This document shows positions 15,301-31,868 of a DNA stretch of 64,000 nt, piece by piece. The position numbers and the translations under genes were made by a program. Source of the DNA: the human T2T-CHM13v2.0 reference genome, Homo sapiens; assembly GCF_009914755.1 (NCBI RefSeq), contig NC_060935.1, one strand, 5' to 3'. The notes beneath the pieces were generated by a model. That model was given only the letters and a program-made list of their open reading frames with translations, was not told the origin of the DNA and searched no databases. Position 1 is the stretch's first letter, and every line of letters starts with the position of its first letter.

Positions 15301-16149
15301 GTGTCTTTGTTCTCATTGGTTTCAAAGAACATCTTTATTTCCGCCTTCATTTCGTTATTTACCAAGTAGTCATTCAGGAGGAGGTTGTTCAGTTTCCATG
15401 TAGTTGTGCAGTTTTGAATGAGTTTCTTAATCCTGAGTTCTAATTTGATTGCACTGTGGTCTGAGAGACTGTCATTATGATTTCCATTCTTTTGCATTTG
15501 CTGAGGAGTGTTTTACTTCCAATTATGTAGTTAATTTTAGAATAAGTGCGATGTGGTGCTGAGAAGAACGAATATCCTGTTGATTTGTGGTGGAGAGTTC
15601 TGTAGATGTCTATTAGGTCCACTTGGTCCAGAGCTGAGGTCAAGTCCTGGATATCCTTGTTAATTTTCTGTCTTGTTGATTGGTTTAATATTGACAGTGA
15701 TGTGTTAAAGTCTCCCACTATTATTATGTGGGAGTATAAGTCTCTTTGTAGGTCTCTAAGAACTTGCTTTATGAATCTGGGTGCTCCTGTATTGGGTGCA
15801 TATATATTTAGGACAGTTAGCTCTTCCTGTTGCATTGATCCCTTTACCATTATGTAATGCCCTTCTTTGTCTCTTTTGATCTTTGTTGATTTAAAGTCTG
15901 TTTTATCAGAGACTAGGATTGCAACCTTTTTTTTTTCCTTTCCATTTGCTTGGTAAATATTCCTCCATCCCTTTATTTTGAGCCTATGTGTGTCTTTGCA
16001 GGTGAGATGGGTCTCCTGAATACCTGAATACAGCACACTGGTGGGTCTTGACTCTTTATCCAATTTGTCAGTCTGTGTCTTTTAATTGAGGCATGTAGCT
16101 CATTTACATTTAAGGTTAATATTGTTATGTGTGAATTTGATCCTGCCAT
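12340..16149 (-). pseudogene. Disrupted L1 ORF2 (endonuclease/reverse transcriptase)
   Basis: ORF fragments with [26 protein letters not shown] (EN), [17 protein letters not shown] (RT) and LLHCWWECK (C-terminal); many stops and frameshifts, e.g. 8-bp duplication cctgaata at ~16015-16030. Confidence 0.95.
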
Positions 16150-16212
16150 TAAGGTGCTAGCTGGTTATTTTACCCGTTAGTTGATGCAGTTTCTTCATAG
16201 TGTCGATGGCCT

Positions 16213-18353
16213 TTACAATTTGGTATGTTTTTGCAGTAGCTGGTACCAGATTTTCCCCTCCCATGTTTAGTGCTTCCTTCAGGAGCTCTTGTACAGCAGG
16301 CCTGGTGATAACAAGATCTCTCAGCATTTCCTTGTCTATAAAGGATTTTATTTCTCCTTCACTTATGAAGCTTAGTTTGGCTGGATTGAAATTCTGGGTT
16401 GAAAATTCTTTTATTTAAGAATGTTGAATATTGGCCCCCACTCTCTTCTGACTTGTAGGGTTTCTGCTCAGAGATCCACTGTTAGTCTGATGGGCTTCTC
16501 TTTGGGGGTAACCCAACCTTTCTCTTTGGCTGCCTTTAAAATTTTTTCCTTCATTTCAACCTTGGTGAATCTGACAATTATGTGTCTTGGGGTTGCTCTT
16601 CTCTAGGAGTATCTTTGTGGTGTTGTCTGTATTTCCTGAATTTGAATGTTGGCTTGCTGTTGCGGGAAGTCAGGGACCCCACATGAAGGCACTGGCTGAA
16701 GCCATGGCAGAAGAACATAAATTGTGAAGATTTCATGGACATTTATTAGTTCCCCAAATTAATACTTTTATAATTTCTTACACCTGACTTTACTGCAATC
16801 TCTGAACATAAATTGTGAAGATTTCATGGACATTTATCACTTCCCTAATCAATATTCTTGTGATTTCCTATGCCTGTGTTTAATCTCTTAATCAAGTCGA
16901 CTTCATAAGCTGAGGATGTATATTGCCTCAGGACCCTGTGATGATTGTGTTAACTGCACAAATTGTTTCTAAAGCATGTGTGTTTAAACAATATGAAATC
17001 TGGGCACCTTGAAAAAAGAACAGGATAACAGCGACGTTCAGGGAACAAGGGAGATAACCATTAGGTCTGACTGCCTGAGAGCCAGGTGGAACAGAGCCAT
17101 ATTTCTCTTCTTACAAAAGTGAATAAGAGAAATATCGCTGAATTCTTTTTCTCAGCAAGGAACAGCCCTGAGAAAGAGAATGCATTCCCAGGGGTAGGTC
17201 TCTAAAATGGCCGCCGCTCTGGGAGTGTCTGTCATATATGGCTGTAGATAAGGGATGAAATAAGTCCTGGTCTCCTGTAGCGCTCCCAGGCCTATTAGGA
17301 TGAGGAAATTCCTGCCTAGTAAATTTCAGTCAGACCAGTTGTCTGCTCCCAAACCCTGTCTCCTGATAAGATGTTATCAATGACAATGTGTGCCCAGTGG
17401 GACATGAAACTTCATTAGTAATTTTAATTTCGCCCAGGTCCTGTGATCTCGCTCTGCCCCCATTTGCCTTGTGATATTTTACGCCTTGTGAAGCATGTGA
17501 TTTCTGTGACCCACACCCTATTCATACACTCCCTCCCTTTTGAAAATTGCTAATAAAAACTTGCTGGTTTTACAGCTCATGGGGCATCACGGAACCTGCC
17601 GACATGTGATGTCTCCCGTGGAAACCCAGCTTTAAAATTTCTCTCTTTTGTACTCTTTCCCTTTATTTCTCAGACCAGCCGACACTTATGGAAAATAGAA
17701 AAGAATCTACGTTGAATTATCGGGCGTGGTTCCCCCAATAGCCTGCCTTGCTGAGTTGGGGAAGTTCTCCCAGATAATATCCTGAAGAGTGTTTTCCAAC
17801 ATGGTTCCATTCTCCCCATCACTTTCGGGTACACCAATCAAATGTAGATTTGGTCTTTTCACATAGTCCCATATTTCTTGGAGGCTTTGTTTGTTTCTTC
17901 TCACTCTTTTTTCTCTAATCTTGTCTTCCCACTTTATTTCGTTGAGTTGATCTTCAACCTCTGATATCCTTTCTTCTGCTTGATCAATTTGGCTATGGAT
18001 ACTTGTTTTGATTGATGCTATTGATTGGCTATTGATGCTTCATGAAGTTCTCATGCTGTGTTTTTCAACTCCATCAGGTCATTTATGTTCTTCTTTAAAC
18101 TGGTTATTCTAGTTAGCTATTCATCTAACCTTTTTTCATGGTTCTTAGCTTCCTTGTATTGGATTAGAACATGCTCCTTTAGCTTGAAGGAGTCTGATAT
18201 TACCCACCTTCTGAAGCCTACTTCTGTGAATTCATCAAACTCATTCTCTGTCCAGTTTTGTTTCCTTGCTGGTAAGGAGTTGTAATCCATTGGAGGAGAA
18301 GAAGCATTCTGGTTTTTCTAATTTTCAGCCTTTTTGCAGTGGTTTCTCCCCAT
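16213..18353 (-). pseudogene. Disrupted L1 ORF1
   Basis: QSLQEIWDYVKRPNLHLIGVPESDGENG fragment; ATG at 18353; broken by MER11. Confidence 0.9.
16658..17740 (+). mobile_element. MER11 (B/C-like) solo LTR, HERV-K(HML-8)
   Basis: TGTTGCGGGAAGTCAGGGACCCC start, internal repeat gaacataaattgtgaagatttcatggacatttat twice, AATAAA at ~17552, end ttcccccaata; 6-bp TSD gcttgc/gcctgc. Confidence 0.95.
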
Positions 18354-18987
18354 CTTCATGGATTTATCTACCTTTGCTCTTTGAAGTCGGTGACCTTCGG
18401 ATGGGGTCTCTGAGTGGATGTCCTTTTTGTTGATATTGATACTATTCCTTTCTGTTTGTTGGTTTTCCTTCTAACAATCAGGCCCCTCTGCTGCAGGTCT
18501 GCTGGAGTTTGCTGGAGGTCTGCTCCATACCTTTTGCCTTGGTATCACTGATGGAGGCTGCAGAACAGCAAAGATTTCTGCCTGTTCCTTCCTCTGGAAG
18601 CTGCATCCCAGAGGGGCACCTGCCAGATGCCAGAGCTCTCCTGTATGAGGCATCTGTTGGCCCCTACTGGGAGGTGTCCCCCAGTCAGGATACATGGGGG
18701 TCAGAGACCCACTTGGGGAGGCAGGCTGTCCCTTATCAGAGCTCAAACGCTGTGCTGGGAGATCTGCTGCTCTCTTCAGAGCTGCCAGGTAGGGACATTT
18801 CTGTCTGCTGAAGCTGTGCCCACAACCGCCCCTTCCCCAAGGTGCTCTGTCCCAGGGAGGTGAAGGTTTTATTTCTATGTCCCTGACTGGGGCTGCTGCC
18901 TTTTTTCAGAGATGTCCTGCCCAGAAAAGAGGGAATCTAGAGAGGCAGTCTGGTTGCAGTGGCCTTGCTGAGTTGCAGTGGGATCCC

Positions 18988-19126
18988 GCCTTTTCCATTT
19001 CTAATGTTAATCTATTCTCTTTCTCTGTAATAAACCATAACTATAAATATGACTGATTTACTGAGCTCTGTTAATCCTTCCAGCATATTGTTGAGTCTGA
19101 GGGTGGTCTTCAGGACACCCAACATA
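18988..19126 (+). mobile_element. MER68/MER77-family LTR, 3' part
   Basis: tgtaataaaccataac...tgagggtggtcttcaggacacccaacata completes the LTR begun at 11708. Confidence 0.8.
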
Positions 19127-19224
19127 ATTACAATCCTTTTTTAGTAAAGCTCTCTCATTAATCGGCTCATGGATGGCCTAATTTTCCTTTGTATTTATTT
19201 TAGTTTCCCTTTAGTAATTTTTTC

Positions 19225-20053
19225 TTTTCTTTTTTTAAATACAACTTCCACTTCACAATATGTTTAGATTTACAGAAATGTAAACTTAGAATTTCTGTAT
19301 CTCTCTCACTCACTTTTTCCTGTTTTAACACCCTACATCATTACTGGATGTTTGTCACAATAAAAACCAATTTTGGTGCATGAGTATTACTAAATTGTAC
19401 AACTAATTCATAATTTATATGTTCTTCCCAATGTTCTTTTTTTTTTTTTTCCAAGATCTCACTCACGGTACCACTTTACATGTAGTCATGTCTGTCTGTC
19501 TAGCCTCCTCTGATCTGTGACAGTTTCTCAGCCTTCTCTTGTCCTTAATAATTTTGTTTTTAGGAATAGTATTTAGGATTTTGAATAATGCTTCTTCTCA
19601 ATGCTGTGTACTGAATTGTGTCCCTCTCCAAAATGTGTATGTTAAGCTTGAAACTGCCGGGTGATTGTATTTAGACATAAGGCCTGTAAGGAGGCAATTA
19701 AGGTTAATTGAAGTTATAAGAGTGGCGATCTGATCCCATAGGACTGGTGTCCTTATAAGACAAAGAAAAAGCACCAGAGCTCACACTCTCTCTCCACACA
19801 TGCTCACAGAGGAAAGGTTATGTGAGGGCACAGTGAGAAGTGTTCAACTGCAAGCCAGGAAAAGAGGTCTCACTGGAAATACATAAAGCAGGGACCTCGA
19901 TGTTGGACTTTCAGCCTCCAGAACTGTGAGAAAATAAATGCCTGTTAAGTTACACAACTGTGATATTTTTTATGGCACCCCAAACAGACTAAAACACTAA
20001 ATTTGGTTTGTCACATTCTTTATCTCATGGCTAGACTGAGCCCATTTTTATTT
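19225..20053 (-). mobile_element. L1MC/L1MD-type 3'UTR fragment (part 1, interrupted by MLT1A)
   Basis: gtttagatttacagaaa...tagcctcctctgatctgtgacagtttctcag; resumes at ~26030. Confidence 0.7.
19602..19996 (+). mobile_element. MLT1A-family MaLR solo LTR
   Basis: tgctgtgtactgaattgtgtccc...ttggactttcagcctccagaactgtgagaaaataaa...gactaaaaca; TSD ctcaa/ctaaa. Confidence 0.9.
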
Positions 20054-21259
20054 TTTTACCACATTTTCATTGCCGCATAATAGAGTACATCATTTTGGGG
20101 TACATGTGATATTTAATACATTCATATAATTTGTAAAGATCAAATCAGTGTACTTAGGATATTCCTCACATTAAATATGTATTTTTTTCTTTATGCTAGG
20201 ATCACTCAAATTCTTCTCTTCTAGCAAATTTGAAATATGCTATACATTATTGTAAACTGATGTCACCCAACTAATCTATCTAACACCAAGTCCAATTTCC
20301 TCTATCAAATTCTATATTTGTACCTATTAAGCACTTGTTTTTCCTCCCCTCCCTCCCCTCCACCCTTCCAGCCTCTGGTAACCACCAATCTACTCTCTTA
20401 GCTCCCACATATGGGTGAGAATATGCAATATTTCTCTTTCTGTGCTCAATTTATTTCACTTAACATAATGACTGCCAGTTTCATCCATGTTGCTGCAAAT
20501 GACAAGATTTCATTATTTTTATGGCAGAATAATATTTCATTGAAATATATAGCACATTTTCTTCATCAGTTGTTGCACTTAGGTTAATTCCATATTTTAG
20601 CTAGTGTGAATAGTGTTACAATAAAAATGAAAGTGCAGATGACTTTTCAATACATTGATTTTCTTTATTTGGCTATATACCTAGGAGTGGAATTGTTGGA
20701 CCATACGATAGATCTATTTTCGGTTTTTTCAAGAACCTCTATATTGTTCTGTAAATTGCCTATACTAATTTACATTCCCACCAACAATGTACAAGGGTCC
20801 CGCTCTCTCACCATCTTCACCAGCATCTATTATTGCCTGTTTTTAGATAAAAGCCATTTTAACTGGGGTGAGATGAAATCTCATTGTAGTTTTGATTTAC
20901 ATTCTCTAATGATTAGCAATATTAAGCATTTTTTATATACTTATTGGCCATTTCTATGTCTTCTTTTAGAAATGTTTCTTTATTTTGCCTATTTTTAATT
21001 GGATTATTCGGGATTATTTTTGTTATTGAGTTGCTTTTGCTACTTACATATTCTGGTTATTAATCCCTTGTCAGATGGATAGTTTGCAAATGTTTTCTCC
21101 AATTCTGTGGGTTGTCTCCTCACTTTGTTGGTTGTTTCTTGTGCTATGCAGAAGCTTTTCCACTTAATGTAATCTCAGTTGTCTATTTTTGCTTTGGTTG
21201 CCTGCGTGTTGTTGACTTTGGTTTGCAAGTATTATGTTGAGAGTTTTTCTATGTATATT
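20054..21259 (-). mobile_element. L1MA (MA4/MA5-like) 3' end and ORF2 C-terminus
   Basis: ttttggggtacatgtgatattt...gctcccacatatgggtgagaatatgc; jumps to RT-region sequence at ~21210. Confidence 0.85.
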
Positions 21260-21709
21260 TGTATTAGTCAGGGTTCTCTAGAGGGACAGAACTAATAGAA
21301 TATATATATAAAGGGGAGTTTATTAAGTATTAACTCACACTATCACAAGGTCCCACAATAGGTTGTCTACAAGCTGAGGAGCAAAGAAAACCAGTATGAG
21401 AACTTGAGAACTGAAGAACTTGGAGTCCGATGTTTGAGGGCAGGAGGCATCCAGCATGAGAGAATGATGTAGGGTGGGAGGCTAGGCCAGTCTAGTCTGT
21501 TCACATTTTTTTCTGCCTCCTTTATATTCTAGCCTTGCTGGCAACTGATTAGACGATGACTGCCCACCCAGATTAAGAGTGAGTCTGCCTTTCCCAGCCC
21601 ATTGACTCAAATGTTAATCTCTTTTGGCAACACCCTCACAGACACACCCAGGATCAGTACTTTGCATCCTTCAATCCAGTCAAGTTGACACTCAGTATTA
21701 ACCATCAGA
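21260..21709 (-). mobile_element. MLT2A1-like LTR (3' LTR of HERV-L)
   Basis: tgtattagtcagggttctctagagggacagaactaatag...caagttgacactcagtattaaccatc; followed by a polypurine tract (AGGGGTAGACT on -). Confidence 0.93.
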
Positions 21710-23424
<1,715 letters not shown>

Positions 23425-23734
23425 TTTTTTTGTTTGTTTGTTTGTTTGTTTCAGACAGCATCTCACTCTGTCATCTAGGCTGGAGAGCAGTGACACAATC
23501 ATAGCTCACGGCAGCCTCATACTCCTGGGCTCAAGCAATCCTCCTGCATCAGCCTCCCAAGTAGCTAGGACTGCATGCACATTCCACCACATGCAGCTAT
23601 TTTTTTTTTTTTTAATCTTTGTAGAGAGAGTCTCATTATGTTTCCCAGGCTAGTCTCAAACTCCTGACCTAAGGTGATTCTCCCCTGGTCTTCCAAAGCA
23701 CTGGGATTATAAGCATGAGCCACCATGTTTGGCC
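23425..23734 (-). mobile_element. AluJ
   Basis: Diverged dimer with ctcctgggctcaagcaatcctcc; (TTTG)n tail. Confidence 0.9.
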
Positions 23735-26029
<2,295 letters not shown>

Positions 26030-26465
26030 CCCATTGTTTTTTGAGAGGACCACAGAAGTGTGATTTTCATCCCATTATATCAAGGATCCATATTATTAAA
26101 ATGACTTTGTACTGAAGATACTAACCTTGATTGCCTGACTGAAGTAGTACTTAACAGATTTCCACATTGTAGAGTTACTTCTTCCCCTCCTCCCTCTTTC
26201 ATTTTCTACAATTTGGAGGCAAACCACTATGCACATTCCACATGCAAGGGAAGGGGCAAAAGTTAAGCTTCACCAACATAGGGAGTAGTAGCTACATAAA
26301 TTATTTAAATTTTGTGTGTACAAGGGATATATCTCTACTCTCTCATTTATTAATTATTCAACTGTTTATTTAGATTTGTATAGATTTATTTTCTGCTTCA
26401 GGTTATAATCTATTACTATATTGTGTACTTTGGTATTAAATCATTTTAGCTTTGAGGATTGGCGG
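26030..26465 (-). mobile_element. L1MC/L1MD-type 3'UTR fragment (part 2)
   Basis: aaccttgattgcctgactgaagtagt...ttccacattgtagagttact, continuing the 19225-20053 fragment. Confidence 0.65.
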
Positions 26466-27009
26466 CACCTAAACTGCAGAACACACCTTAAAAAATAGGA
26501 TCAATAATAGCCTATGTCTAACACTGCAGTGCCTCTTACCAACCCATTCCTCTGACTTTCTTCAATGTAGCCATCATCCTAAATTCTGCTTTCATCATTC
26601 TCTTGTTTTATTGTAAATATAAATTTTATATATATAATTTTACTTTATCTGCAAGCTTTATTAAATTTTTTTTGTTTAAAAGATATAACAATATATGCAA
26701 ATATTCGGTGGTATTTTACCCTGATTATCATGTTGCTAAGATTAATCCATATTATTGCAGCTCATAAATTTTTATTACTAACATTTCTTTATATGAACAT
26801 GGAAATATATAATTTATTGTATGACATATATTAAAGTCTGATGAATTATTTTAGTTAAATGAGAATTTCCTCAGTATATAAGAATATTAAATGGAACACC
26901 CAATGAAGACTATAGCTATACTCCTATGTAAGATAAGTCAACACATACGCTTTTAAAGAGAAAAGTCATCTGTGCTATTACTGTATTACCCCTTCAAAAG
27001 TAATATCAA

Positions 27010-27297
27010 GGCCGGGAGCGGTAGCTCACGCAGTTAATCCCAGCACTTTGGGAGGCTGAGGCAGGTGGATCACCTGAGGTCAGGAGTTCGAGACCAGCCT
27101 GGCCAACATGGAGAAACCCCACCTGTACTAAAAATACAAAAAAATTAGCTGGGCGTAGTAGCATGTGCCTGTAATCCCAGCTACTCGGGAGGCTGAGGCA
27201 GGACAGTCCTTGAACCTGGGAGGCGGAGGTTGCAGTGAGCCAAGATCACGCCACTGCACTACAGCCTGGGCAACAGGCAAGACTCCATCTCAAAAAA
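27010..27297 (+). mobile_element. AluSx-like
   Basis: Full dimer; perfect TSD aaaagtaatatcaa (26996-27009, 27298-27311). Confidence 0.95.
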
Positions 27298-28384
27298 AAA
27301 AGTAATATCAAAAAAAGACACTTTTTTTACTCCCTGAATTATTTCTTGACATTAAAATTCAAACAAGCATCTGTTTGGTTAATTTATCGTGTCTCTCCGT
27401 CAGTAGTCATTATAATTGGATAACTTAAAATTCCCCTTCATAAATTTTTAAAACTCCGTATCCATATTTATTTTTTAAATTAGGAAACAGTAGTGGTCTG
27501 CAAAATGGTCATGAAGAATGTCATAACTAAAGAGTGCTATTGATGGAATTTAAAATGTTTACCTTGCAATATATTTTGTATAAGGAAAGAAGAAAGAATC
27601 ATTATAAATACAGAAATCACTTTCTTCTCTTCGTACTGTGGCTGCCTAAACAGTATGCAGGCTCCTCATTCTCTTATCTATCTGTTATCTACAACAGGCC
27701 TGTTCAGGAATGTTCATGTAGTAGAGGAGGAAACCAGCTCTTCTGTGTAACCTGGAGTTCTCAGAGTAGACTTCTACACGAATGGACAGAAGACTGCATT
27801 ACCCTCTTAGTCAGATATTATTATAGCTTTGTTATCTGCTGCAGGCTGAAGAAGCTTATATAAAATTCTGTCATTAGTACTCTTGAGATAATGAGCCATT
27901 ATTAATAGAAATGCCATCATGAAACTATTGAATTTCATAAGAAGTTTGAGAAGTTTAGAATTAACTAAATTATGACATAAAAATTGATTGGCATGGCAAA
28001 GTAAATAGAATTCAAATAAGTATGGAATTATATGGAAAGAGATACTAATGGCTGAATATAAGAAGAAGGTATAACAGGTAAGTAGAACACAGTGACTAGA
28101 AAATGTGTCATTAGATAATCTGTACTGTTTTCTTTGTTTCAACTGATGTAAAAACACAATTTTATGTTATACACTATAACTGTTTTCCAGAGTATTGAAT
28201 TGGTTGAGACTACTCTGTAAAAATCTCATATAACTTGAAAGAAATTAAAGTTTTGTTTTTTTAAATCTATTTATGCATTAGACGCTATTAAATATATTGT
28301 TTAAATACTAGCAATTTGACTAGTCCTTACAGACAAAGAAGAAGAGACAGTTCTGCTGTGGGCATTGAACAATTCATTATCAAT

Positions 28385-28387
<3 letters not shown>

Positions 28388-28421
<34 letters not shown>

Positions 28422-28429
28422 GTGTGTGT
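28388..28429. repeat. (TG)n microsatellite, one interruption
   Basis: Direct reading. Confidence 0.97.
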
Positions 28430-29009
28430 ATTTGAGAGACAGGGAGGCTATTAACATCTGTTGAGTAAGTTCATGCACAGAAGTAGTCTTTTTAATATAA
28501 TCCCTTTTTTGGCTAACATTTCTATAAAATGGGCACTGTTAAATCCATTTAAAGATAAGGAAACAGGCTTAGTGGGGGAGATGACCATTAGTAGAGAAGA
28601 ACAAAAATGTGAGTTCATGTTAATCATGTTCCAAGCTCATACCATTTTCAACCTCACCTCATTTATTCTTAATTCTCTCATCTTTAAAATAAATAAAATA
28701 AAATAATTACTTCTGGATGTAAAAGTCATGGTTCTCTAAACTTTTACGGCTAAAATGAGTGGCTGATTCCATTGTAACAGGTCATAATTAAGATGATTTC
28801 TTGAATTTTGAAAGAATTATTTGCCCACTATCTCATTTTGTCACATTACTACCTTGGCAGAAATTATTATTTTTATAGCAACAGAGTTTAAGCTGCCTTA
28901 CAGTTGTATGACTAATGTGGCTTAAATTTGCAATGCTTTATATGCCTAGGTTCGTTTCCAAATACTGATTTGAAGAGAAGTCTAATGTCATGACAATTAT
29001 TATTAATTT

Positions 29010-29200
29010 TAAAAACATAATTATCAAGTATTGCTATGTATCAGGCAATCTACTAGATGCTTTACATGCATTATTTATTTAATGCTCACAGAAAACATAT
29101 GAGGCCGATAAAAAGACTGATATTTGGCAGAAAACTTATAAAGTAATACAGAACATTTAAGTTTTTAAAAGCAGGATTTGAAACTAGATCTTCCTGGTGT
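29010..29200 (-). mobile_element. MIR remnant
   Basis: tatgtatcaggcaatctactagatgctttacatgcattatttatttaatgctcaca...gcaggatttgaaactagatct. Confidence 0.7.
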
Positions 29201-29524
29201 TTATTGAAAAGCCACACTGAAGATGGAATAAGATGGTGGTGTCAAGAAGAAGCAGTGTAGGATTTGATAACAAAGAAGAAAATCTCAGAAATTGAATAGT
29301 TAAAAAAAAAAAGGCAGGGGTACGGGGAGCAGTATAGTATATTGCAGCTACTCCTAAACTGTGTATGTTAGAAAGTATGACAGCACAAACTCTGGGCTAT
29401 ATTGGATGAAAGAACTCTTAACATTTAACTCCCCTAATATTATAAGACAAAGTAAAATAAACCTTCGTAGTGTAAAAGTGGCAGTATATTTGGATAGAAA
29501 GAGCATTCCAAGGTATCATCTCAA

Positions 29525-29670
29525 TTTTATTCAATTCAAAGTATGCGTTTTCTATCATGCAGGGAATTGTTCCAGATGCTTAAGGAGGACATAAAGATGT
29601 ATAAAATTCAAAACCTGTATTGGCACAATATTCAGGCTTGAAAAGGTGACAGATGCTGTGTGTAAATTAT
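29525..29670 (-). mobile_element. L2 3' remnant
   Basis: attcaattcaaagtatg...tatcatgcagggaattgttccagatgct resembles the antisense L2 terminus. Confidence 0.5.
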
Positions 29671-29893
29671 AATACAAGATATAAAGTGGTAAGATACAAA
29701 AAGACTAGTGAGAATAGCACAGTATCTAAAGCTCCATTTTTATTCCATAGGTCAAGTTTGTATTCTTGGATTTGGGCCAATTTGGACAAACAGAGTTGGG
29801 ATAGTAAACATTCCAAGAAGAGAACAGGATAAACAGAACTGCAGTAAGGTAAAGCATGTTTGGAGAAGAAAAAATATGACTCCTCTGCTATTG

Positions 29894-29898
<5 letters not shown>

Positions 29899-29929
<31 letters not shown>
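29899..29929. repeat. (GT)n microsatellite
   Basis: Direct reading. Confidence 0.97.
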
Positions 29930-29930
<1 letters not shown>

Positions 29931-30147
29931 CTGCAAATGGACAAACTTGGAACAGATAGTAGAACAGGACTGTGGACGCACTGAGATTTTCTGGTAAGAA
30001 ATTTATACATTATTCTGTATGTCCTGGAGAAGCAAACTGATGGCTAATTTGTTCTATCCCTGCTGGTGAACAAATATCCTTTATTTGACACTATATGATT
30101 TTTTTTAGAGATTACAATGGATTGATCAAATCTCAGATGCCATCCTA

Positions 30148-30483
30148 CTGTTATTTATAGTTATACAAATAACTGTATATATAACTACATGTAGTTATAT
30201 ATATAGCATACAGTTATTTATATATATGAATATATATTATATAATTATATATAATTATTATAAGTTGTAGTTATAGAACTATAATATATTATAGTTAACT
30301 ATATATTATATTTATATCATACATATATTAAACATATATTATATATGTATATGATACATATATTGTAGTTATATATACATATATTGTTAACTACAATATA
30401 TTGTAGTTATATATACATATATTGTTAACTACAATATATTGTAGTTATATATATATAGTTATTTACGTAACTATAAATAACAG
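30148..30483. repeat. AT-rich palindromic block with ~43-bp terminal inverted arms and a 38-bp tandem unit (x~2.5)
   Basis: ctgttatttatagtta...taactataaataacag; ttgtagtt recurs at 30363, 30401 and 30439. Confidence 0.9.
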
Positions 30484-30635
30484 CAGTTAATTCAGATTTT
30501 CCTCCTAGGCTTTATTTTAAAATACTTTAATTGTATTTGTACTTTTTCCCTGAATCAGCTATTCATATGCAGACATCAAAACGTTTTTTAACATCCCAAA
30601 CAAGCTTTGCTCATTGTTGAGGAGAGATAAATAAT

Positions 30636-31268
30636 TGTGTAAGTCAGGTTTCTCCAGAGAGACAACCAATAGGATACTCTATATAGGATACTATATACTG
30701 TATACTATATATACAACCAATAGGTACGTATATATAGAGCGAGGGGAGAGCAGAAAGATAGAGAGAGATGAGACTGAATTTATTAGGGGAATTGGCTGTC
30801 TTGATTACAGAGGCTGAGAAGTCTCACGACAGGTCATCTGCAAGCTGGTGACCCTGGTATGCTGGTAGTGTGGCTCAGTCTAAATACAAAAGCCTCAGAA
30901 CCAGAAAAGCTGATGTTCTAACTCTAAGTCTGAGGCTGAAGGCCTGAGAACCCAAGGGGTCAGGTCCTGAAGTCCAAATGCTAGGGAGCCTAGAGTGGGT
31001 GTCCAAGGACAGGAGAGGAAGACTGTGGCCAGCTCCAGCAGATAGATTGACATAATCACCTTTTCTCATTTTTCTTTTCTCCAGGCCCCAAGAAGATTGG
31101 TTGGTGCCCACCCATATGGAGGGCAGATCTTCCACCCTCAGTTCACTAAGATTCACATGCAAATCACCTCTGGAATCATCCTCACAGACATACTAAAAAA
31201 TAATGTTTTACCAGATTTCCAGGTATTTCTTAATCCATTCAACTTGATACCTAAAATTAATCATCATG
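30636..31268 (-). mobile_element. MLT2B-family ERVL solo LTR
   Basis: gtcaggtttctccagagagacaaccaataggata...cctcacagacatac...cctaaaattaatcatca; TSD ataat/atgat. Confidence 0.88.
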
Positions 31269-31314
31269 ATGATACACAGTATTATTGGTTTTTACTTGGT
31301 CTACAATGATAATA

Positions 31315-31868
31315 GAGTTGACTTTTGAACAACATGAGTCTGAACCGTGCAGGTACAATTATACGTGGATTTCTTTTCTGCCTCTGCCACCCATTAGACA
31401 ACAAAACCAACTCCTCCTCTTTTTCCTCCTTCTCAGCCTATTCACCATGAAGATGATGAAGATGAAAATATTTATGATGGCTCTACTTCCACTTAGTGAA
31501 TGGTAAATATATTTTCTCTTCCTTATGATTTCCTTAATAACATTTTCTTTTCTGTAGCTTAAATTTTTGTAAGAATACACCATATAATACATATAGCATA
31601 AAAAATATCTGTTAGTTGATAGTTTATGTTATTGGTAAGGCTTCTGGTCAACTGCTGCTATTAGTAGTTAAGCTTTGGGGTTAAGAATACAGCATATAAT
31701 ACATAAAGCATATAAAATATCTGTTAGTTGGCTGTCTATGTTATTGGTAAGGCTTCTGGGCAACTGCTGCTATTAGCAGTTAAGCTTTGGAAGAGTCAAA
31801 AATTATCTATGGATTTTCAACTGCTCAGGGAGTTGGTGCCCCATCTCCTGTTGTTCAAGGGCCAACAG
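31315..31868 (+). mobile_element. Tigger2a DNA transposon with a 112-bp internal tandem duplication
   Basis: TIRs gagttgacttttgaacaac / gttgttcaagggccaacag; TA TSD on both sides. Confidence 0.9.

Larger units (their letters stand above)
12126..18987 (-). mobile_element. Near full-length L1PA7-like LINE-1 (5'UTR partly truncated), with MER11 inserted in ORF1
   Basis: A-tail, 3'UTR, ORF2, ORF1 and ~630 bp of 5'UTR are collinear; degenerate 15-bp TSD gcctttcctatgtct (12111-12125) / gccttttccatttct (18988-19002). Confidence 0.95.

Noticed and set aside
16713-16840. 34-bp direct repeat gaacataaattgtgaagatttcatggacatttat
   Set aside because: Intrinsic feature of the MER11 LTR consensus.
27534-28157. 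Overlapping 109-aa and 116-aa ORFs in unique DNA
   Set aside because: Low-complexity AT-driven composition, non-ATG starts, no recognisable domain.
30358-30460. 38-bp repeats as a CRISPR-like array
   Set aside because: No unique spacers; head-to-tail AT-rich tandem repeat in human DNA.
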